Shown one piece after another: positions 58,551 through 64,000 of a stretch of DNA of 64,000 nucleotides. A program made the translations under genes and the position numbers. The notes below the pieces were generated by a model. It worked only from the letters and a program-made list of their open reading frames with translations, made no database searches and was not told the DNA's origin. The stretch is from Deferribacterales bacterium (GTDB taxonomy: Bacteria > Chrysiogenota > Deferribacteres > Deferribacterales > Geovibrionaceae). Position 1 is the stretch's first letter. The number at the start of each line of letters is the position of its first letter. Location of the stretch: positions 64,001 to 128,000 of the forward strand of contig JBFWLW010000003.1 of the NCBI GenBank assembly GCA_050251945.1, read 5' to 3'.

Positions 58551-60101
58551 ATGACTGAAAAAGATCATATGGACTATATCGAAGCCAAAGCTGAATACCT
58601 GCAAAACGAAAAGAACACCACCATAAAGGTTCTTGAAGCCATATGTTCCGTCCGCAATCTTAACACCAGCCTGAACAAGCTGGACAATCACGAGATAATC
58701 CTTGAAAACGCATTTAACAAACTTCTGGCTCTTGTAAGGCTTAAAAACGGCGGATTCTTCCTTGTGGATGAGCATTCGAGCAACTTCACGCCTACGCGCT
58801 TCTTTCCCGAAGAGGATAAGGAACTGCTGCTTGCAGAAACAGATAAACTGATCATAGACGGCACTTTTGCCATGGCTGTGAAGTCGGGCAAGACCACTAT
58901 AATAAAAAGCAAAACACTGAACTCACATATTCTGCTTCACTCGGTTTCAACAATATCCCGTACACGTGGGCTTTTCATCGGGCAGCTTAACACTCCGAAA
59001 GAGGAGATACCCGACGCTGTTTTTTACCTTATCACCATCCTTATGAACGAAACAGCGCATCAGCTCGAAAGCTTTGAACTTTACAACAGAAACAAAGAGA
59101 CCAACAGGATGCTTTCCGAAAGCGTTAAAAAACTGGAAGGCTCCGAACAGCAGCTTAAAAATTTCAACGAAAAGCTTGAAGCGGAAGTATACAACCGCAC
59201 AAAAGAGCTTAAAGCGACCAACGATCTTCTTGAAAACGAGATCAGTGAGCGCAAAAAAATAGAAAAACTGCTTGTTCAGCAGAAAAAAGCGTTACAGGAA
59301 CTCAACGAAACCCTTGAGAACAGGGTGGTCATTGAAACCGAAAACCGCAGAAAGAGCGAACGCATACTCCACGAACAGAGTAAGCTGGCGGCAATGGGAC
59401 AGATGATGAAGGCTGTGTCCCACCAGTGGCGACAACCACTGAACGCCCTCGGCATGATAATTCAGGATATGGTCGACGAACACGACGAAAAGGGAATATC
59501 CGCCGAATATCTGCAGGACAGCGTGAACAAATGCCTCAAGCTGGTCATGCACATGTCCTCCACCATCGACGATTTCAGCGCACTTGTGCGCAGCGACACC
59601 GAAAAGGACAGCTTTAACCTTGCAACAGCCATTCAGGAGGTCATCTCACTCGTTGAGGTACAGTATAACAGACTGGGCATCTTCCTCGAATCGGAGATAT
59701 CCGGGGAATGCAGCGCATACGGAACACCTCCGCGCGTTTTTGTGCGCGGCGACAGCGGAATGTTTAAACAGATAATCATGAATCTGCTGGCAAACTCCAA
59801 AGATGCCATACTCCCCAGACTGGAAAGCGGCAGATCCGAAAAGGGACTTATAAGAATATCTCTCAAATGTGACGAACAGAGAGCCGTGGTCGATATTGAA
59901 GATAACGGCGGCGGCATCCCCGAAGATATAATAGACAGGGTTTTTGAACCCTATTTCACCACAAAAATACATGACAAAGGCACCGGAATCGGGCTTTACA
60001 TCTCCCGTCTGGTGATTCAGGAACACATGCAGGGGGAAATAACAGCCGGAAACAGCATGAACGGCGCAGTTCTCACTCTGCACATACCTCTCTCCTCCTG
60101 A
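58551..60101 (+). CDS. Cytoplasmic sensor histidine kinase with GAF-like N-terminus
   Basis: VSHQWRQPLN, DNGGGIP and FEPYFTTK...GTGIGLY motifs. Confidence 0.92.
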   Translation: MTEKDHMDYIEAKAEYLQNEKNTTIKVLEAICSVRNLNTSLNKLDNHEIILENAFNKLLALVRLKNGGFFLVDEHSSNFTPTRFFPEEDKELLLAETDKLIIDGTFAMAVKSGKTTIIKSKTLNSHILLHSVSTISRTRGLFIGQLNTPKEEIPDAVFYLITILMNETAHQLESFELYNRNKETNRMLSESVKKLEGSEQQLKNFNEKLEAEVYNRTKELKATNDLLENEISERKKIEKLLVQQKKALQELNETLENRVVIETENRRKSERILHEQSKLAAMGQMMKAVSHQWRQPLNALGMIIQDMVDEHDEKGISAEYLQDSVNKCLKLVMHMSSTIDDFSALVRSDTEKDSFNLATAIQEVISLVEVQYNRLGIFLESEISGECSAYGTPPRVFVRGDSGMFKQIIMNLLANSKDAILPRLESGRSEKGLIRISLKCDEQRAVVDIEDNGGGIPEDIIDRVFEPYFTTKIHDKGTGIGLYISRLVIQEHMQGEITAGNSMNGAVLTLHIPLSS

Positions 60102-60115
60102 AAAAGGAGTAACAT

Positions 60116-63100
60116 ATGTCCGACAGGTTCAAGCTGGCGGTGGTCTCCAGCGATCCGAAGGGACTGATAGGCGGCAGTCAGGTACCTTTCGACCTCTTCC
60201 TGCCGAAAGACATCAGCAAAATACGATCCGCGCAATATGACCTTGTCCTCATTGACACCCGCCCCGGACATGAACCCCCTTCTCAAAAAAATATCGCAGA
60301 AAACCTTTCCGGCATAAATATCATGTTTTTATCCGCAAAGTTCGATATCCAGAAACAATTGCGGGAGAAAGAGCTTGCCCTGCGCAAGATACTCGACGCA
60401 TCTCAGGATATCGTTATCATGCTGGACAAACAGGCGAATATACTGGACTGCAACACACGGTTCCTCATCGAAATGGAAACAGACAGAAGTAAGATAGCGG
60501 GATTCTGCCTTTGGGATATTCTGCGCAGACAGGACAGTGAAATCCTTAAAAATGAATTTGCTAAAGCGGTCAGGAGCAAGCGCACGGCACACACAGAGGC
60601 AAAGCTTTTCGGCGGGATATACGAAACAGGGGCAAGCCCCATAATAGAAGACGGCGAAATATCCAGTCTGGTGCTTTTCGCAAGGGATGTCACAGCGAAG
60701 CGGCAGTCTGAAATGTTCGCAGGGATGAACGAAAAACGCAACCGGTCCCTTGCCGTTCTCGGGCAGATGTATGAAGCGGAATTCGAGGATATTCTCGACT
60801 ATGCACTGGACAGCGCAGCCGAACAGACGGAAAGCAAAGAAGGCTCAATCAGCATAATGGACAAGAAAGCAGGCGGACTGCGCCTTGTCGTCTCCCTGAC
60901 AGAGAAAGGCAAAACAGTTTATTCGGCTCAACAGCCCGTTTTCATCAGAAACAAGGAGATGGAAGGGCTTGAAGAAGTATTGAGATATAACGAACCCTAC
61001 ATAGGCACGGACGGAACGAACACGATGGTCATCCCGTTGATGGCACAGGGCGGCGTAAGCCTTATCCTTTCACTCAGCGGGAAACAGACGCCTTATAACA
61101 TAAACGAGGCAATAGGTCTTGTCCACTTCATGGAAAGCGTCTGGAGACTTAAAGAAAGAAAAGAGGCGGAAGAGGAGATAAACCGTCTTAACACAGAGCT
61201 TGAAAAAAAGGTGGAAGAACGCACATCACAGCTTCGTACCAGCGAAAACAGATTCCGCGTGGCTTTTGAATCCTCCGCTAACGGCATGGCGATAATTTCC
61301 CTTACGGGGGAGCTGATACAGGTCAACCGCGCGATGGCTTCAATGCTAGGCTACACACAGAGCGAAATGAACGGCAGGTTCTTCACCGATTTTCTCCACT
61401 CGGACTACGCCGAAACAGCGATGGCTCTTATGCACGACCTGATCAGCGGCGAAAAAAGTCACTACTCGGTCGTTAAAAAATATATTCACAAAGAAGGCAG
61501 ACTTATTATAGTTTCCGTCAGCGCGGCACTGGCATACGACGAAAATGACGTTCCGCTGTATCTCATCGCACAGCTGGTGGACATAACCGAGGCGGAGCGC
61601 ACAAAGACTGAACGTGACAGAATATTTGAACACAGCCGCGACATAATCTGCATTGCGGATTTCAGCGGAAACTTCCGCTATGTCAACCGTGCGTTTGAAG
61701 ACCTCATCGGCATCCCTGCCGAACGCATCACAGGCAGAAAATTCACAGACGTCTTTTCGCGGGAAGAGGCTTGCAGAGCCTCTGACTTCATAGAGAGACT
61801 GGCGAACGGCGAAAACCTCTCCGATTACGAGAGCAAACACGCCTCCGCAGGCAACGAACCTGTCTGGCTCTCGTGGTACGCCACAGCCGACAGAGAGAAC
61901 AGGCTCATATATGCCATAGCCAGAAACATCACCGACAGAAAAAAATACGAGGACGCGCTTAAACAGTCAAAAGAAAAAGCGGAAAAAGCCGACATGGCAA
62001 AGAGCGAGTTCCTCGCAAACATGAGCCACGAGATACGCACGCCGCTGAACGCCGTCATAGGTTTCAGCGAGCTTCTGGAAGCGCGTGTTAAAGACGACAA
62101 AGCGAGATCGTACATAAAATCAATAAAAACCAGCGGGCGCGCACTGCTGAACCTGATAAACGACATACTGGACATATCAAAACTGGAAGCTCATGCGGCA
62201 CGCATAAGCACTTCGCCTGCAAACATAAAACACCTCGTTAACGATACGGTGAGCATCTTCTCCCTGAAATCGGTGACAAAGGGGGTAACCATCACCAGCA
62301 GCGTTGACAAACTGGTTCCGGATGCACTCATAATAGATGCTGCGAGGATGCGCCAGATACTTCTGAATCTGGTGGGAAACGCTGTCAAGTTCACCGAAAA
62401 AGGCTTTGTAAACATCAACGTCACCTGCTCACCCGTGACGGATGGCAGAACCAACCTGCGGATAGTCGTTGCTGATTCCGGCATCGGCATACCGGAAAGC
62501 GATTTCAAGACCATTTTTGAGCCTTTCCGCCAGAGAAACGACCACAACATCAACCGCTACGGAGGCACCGGACTGGGGCTTTCCATATCGCTCAAGCTGG
62601 CGCAGATGATGGGCGGCACAATATCCGTCACCAGCGAAGTGGGAAAAGGTTCCGGTTTCACGGTAGACCTGCCCGGCATATTTACGGCGGAATACGCCTT
62701 CACAGAGCAGAACGACATTCCCGACATTACCTTTAAACCCGCAAGGATTCTTATAGTAGACGACGACGAAATGAGCAGAAATATACTGCGGGAAATGTAC
62801 GAAAGATGCGGTGTAACCGTTCTTGAAGCTCAGAACGGAAACGCAGCGGCACTGATCGCGGAAGAAATAGTCCCGTCGCTGATCATAATGGACATCAGAA
62901 TGCCCGATATGGACGGTTTTGAAACTGCAAAACGGTTGAAAAGCAATAATAAAACAAAAAAAATACCAATGATAGCCCTTACCGCCGCACACGACGAAAC
63001 CAACAGAGACGGAATTTTTAACGATTTTCTCATGAAACCTGCTGATTTTGCCCACCTCATGCAGGTTTCCGCAAAATACCTGCCCGTTGAGGCGGGAAAA

Positions 63101-63397
63101 ACCGTAAAAGAGAAACCGTCTCATGACGCGGAATCGGTGGACATGGTAGAGGAACTGTTTGCAAACAAAAAAGAAACACAGGTTATTATAGATAATTTCA
63201 GGAAAAATATCACCGTTATTGATCTCAATTTTGCGCAGGAGATATCGCAAATGCTCCTTTCGGAAGGGAAAAAATTGAAAAATAACGCTATAATTGAATT
63301 GTCGGATTATCTTAAAACTTGTATAGATAATATGGAAATCGGCAAAATAAAAAAACTTTTCAGGCAAATACATGAAAAGGTGAAAGAGAGTCAATGA
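60116..63397 (+). CDS. Hybrid PAS/GAF histidine kinase-response regulator
   Basis: FLANMSHEIRTPLNAV, NLVGNAVKFT and GGTGLGL motifs; receiver VDDD...MDIRMP...KP. Confidence 0.95.
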   Translation: MSDRFKLAVVSSDPKGLIGGSQVPFDLFLPKDISKIRSAQYDLVLIDTRPGHEPPSQKNIAENLSGINIMFLSAKFDIQKQLREKELALRKILDASQDIVIMLDKQANILDCNTRFLIEMETDRSKIAGFCLWDILRRQDSEILKNEFAKAVRSKRTAHTEAKLFGGIYETGASPIIEDGEISSLVLFARDVTAKRQSEMFAGMNEKRNRSLAVLGQMYEAEFEDILDYALDSAAEQTESKEGSISIMDKKAGGLRLVVSLTEKGKTVYSAQQPVFIRNKEMEGLEEVLRYNEPYIGTDGTNTMVIPLMAQGGVSLILSLSGKQTPYNINEAIGLVHFMESVWRLKERKEAEEEINRLNTELEKKVEERTSQLRTSENRFRVAFESSANGMAIISLTGELIQVNRAMASMLGYTQSEMNGRFFTDFLHSDYAETAMALMHDLISGEKSHYSVVKKYIHKEGRLIIVSVSAALAYDENDVPLYLIAQLVDITEAERTKTERDRIFEHSRDIICIADFSGNFRYVNRAFEDLIGIPAERITGRKFTDVFSREEACRASDFIERLANGENLSDYESKHASAGNEPVWLSWYATADRENRLIYAIARNITDRKKYEDALKQSKEKAEKADMAKSEFLANMSHEIRTPLNAVIGFSELLEARVKDDKARSYIKSIKTSGRALLNLINDILDISKLEAHAARISTSPANIKHLVNDTVSIFSLKSVTKGVTITSSVDKLVPDALIIDAARMRQILLNLVGNAVKFTEKGFVNINVTCSPVTDGRTNLRIVVADSGIGIPESDFKTIFEPFRQRNDHNINRYGGTGLGLSISLKLAQMMGGTISVTSEVGKGSGFTVDLPGIFTAEYAFTEQNDIPDITFKPARILIVDDDEMSRNILREMYERCGVTVLEAQNGNAAALIAEEIVPSLIIMDIRMPDMDGFETAKRLKSNNKTKKIPMIALTAAHDETNRDGIFNDFLMKPADFAHLMQVSAKYLPVEAGKTVKEKPSHDAESVDMVEELFANKKETQVIIDNFRKNITVIDLNFAQEISQMLLSEGKKLKNNAIIELSDYLKTCIDNMEIGKIKKLFRQIHEKVKESQ

Positions 63398-64000
63398 GCG
63401 CTGAAACAAAATACAACAAAACGCTTATACTGATTGTGGACGACAACCCGCAAAATCTGAAAGTATTGGGCAACATACTGAGAGAAAACACAAAATACGG
63501 GCTGGCATTTGCCATGAACGGATTCGAGGCGCTTGAATTCATAAGCACCACAAAGCCGGACATGGTGCTTCTCGACGTTATGATGCCTGACATGGACGGA
63601 TATGAGGTGTGCCGACAGCTCAAAAACGTCCCAGATACCGAAAACATACCGGTTATTTTCATAACTGCGAAAACAGAAGCCGAAGACGCCGTTATGGGTT
63701 TTGAAGCGGGCGGCGTGGACTATATATCAAAACCATTCCACGAGCAGGAACTTCTGATGCGAATCCGCACACATCTCGACCTGAAACTTTCCAGAGATAT
63801 GCTTGAGGACAAGAACAAGGAACTCCAGCAGGCCTACGAAACCATAGAAAAACTTGCTCTCACCGACTCGCTGACAGGGCTTGCGAACCGCAGAAGCATT
63901 TTAAACCAGATGCTTGTGGAGGTTTCCCGCTGTGACCGCAACGGAGGATATTTTTCGCTGATAATGTGCGACATCGACTTTTTTAAAAAAGTGAACGACA
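63394..64000 (+). CDS. Response regulator-diguanylate cyclase (REC-GGDEF), truncated by window end
   Basis: Manual translation: MSAETKYNKTLILIVDDNPQNL...LLDVMMP...KPF...ALTDSLTGLANRR...MCDIDFFKKVND. Confidence 0.92.
   Translation, partial: MSAETKYNKTLILIVDDNPQNLKVLGNILRENTKYGLAFAMNGFEALEFISTTKPDMVLLDVMMPDMDGYEVCRQLKNVPDTENIPVIFITAKTEAEDAVMGFEAGGVDYISKPFHEQELLMRIRTHLDLKLSRDMLEDKNKELQQAYETIEKLALTDSLTGLANRRSILNQMLVEVSRCDRNGGYFSLIMCDIDFFKKVND

Overview
A gene-dense 64 kb bacterial chromosomal segment. The gene content and the HQW(R/K)QPLN-type kinase family suggest an anaerobe such as a Deferribacterota member; this is an inference, not confirmed. The standout locus is 5.5-12.2 kb, an 8-gene ferrosome (fez)-type iron-organelle cluster. 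It has a DYSCA/HNxxT P1B-6 ATPase, a second TCPC ATPase, an HMA-like protein, small GxxxG membrane proteins (two with Pro/Tyr/Gln-rich low-complexity tails) and a multi-FeoA protein. Upstream are a Fur-like box and a leader hairpin that covers the start codon; downstream is an 18/19 Fur box in front of a candidate ~55-nt sRNA. A second iron compartment (family 1 encapsulin with ferritin-like cargo) and a catalase with a PerR-like box lie within ~18 kb. Other content: a TetR/RPH-type dikinase/CN-hydrolase operon, a citrate lyase operon with an inserted DUF296 gene, an HD-GYP gene preceded by a structured leader, a PA2779x2/PA2778 peptidase module, small EF-hand proteins ending in -YA, fmt-DUF116-htpX-rsmB-waaL, a SAM-I riboswitch with metY-metX, a ClC channel and many sensor kinases. 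Intergenic regions carry REP-like hairpins, terminator-adjacent MITEs and two 45-47 bp elements nested reciprocally inside each other. No rRNA, tRNA, CRISPR array or transposase gene was seen.
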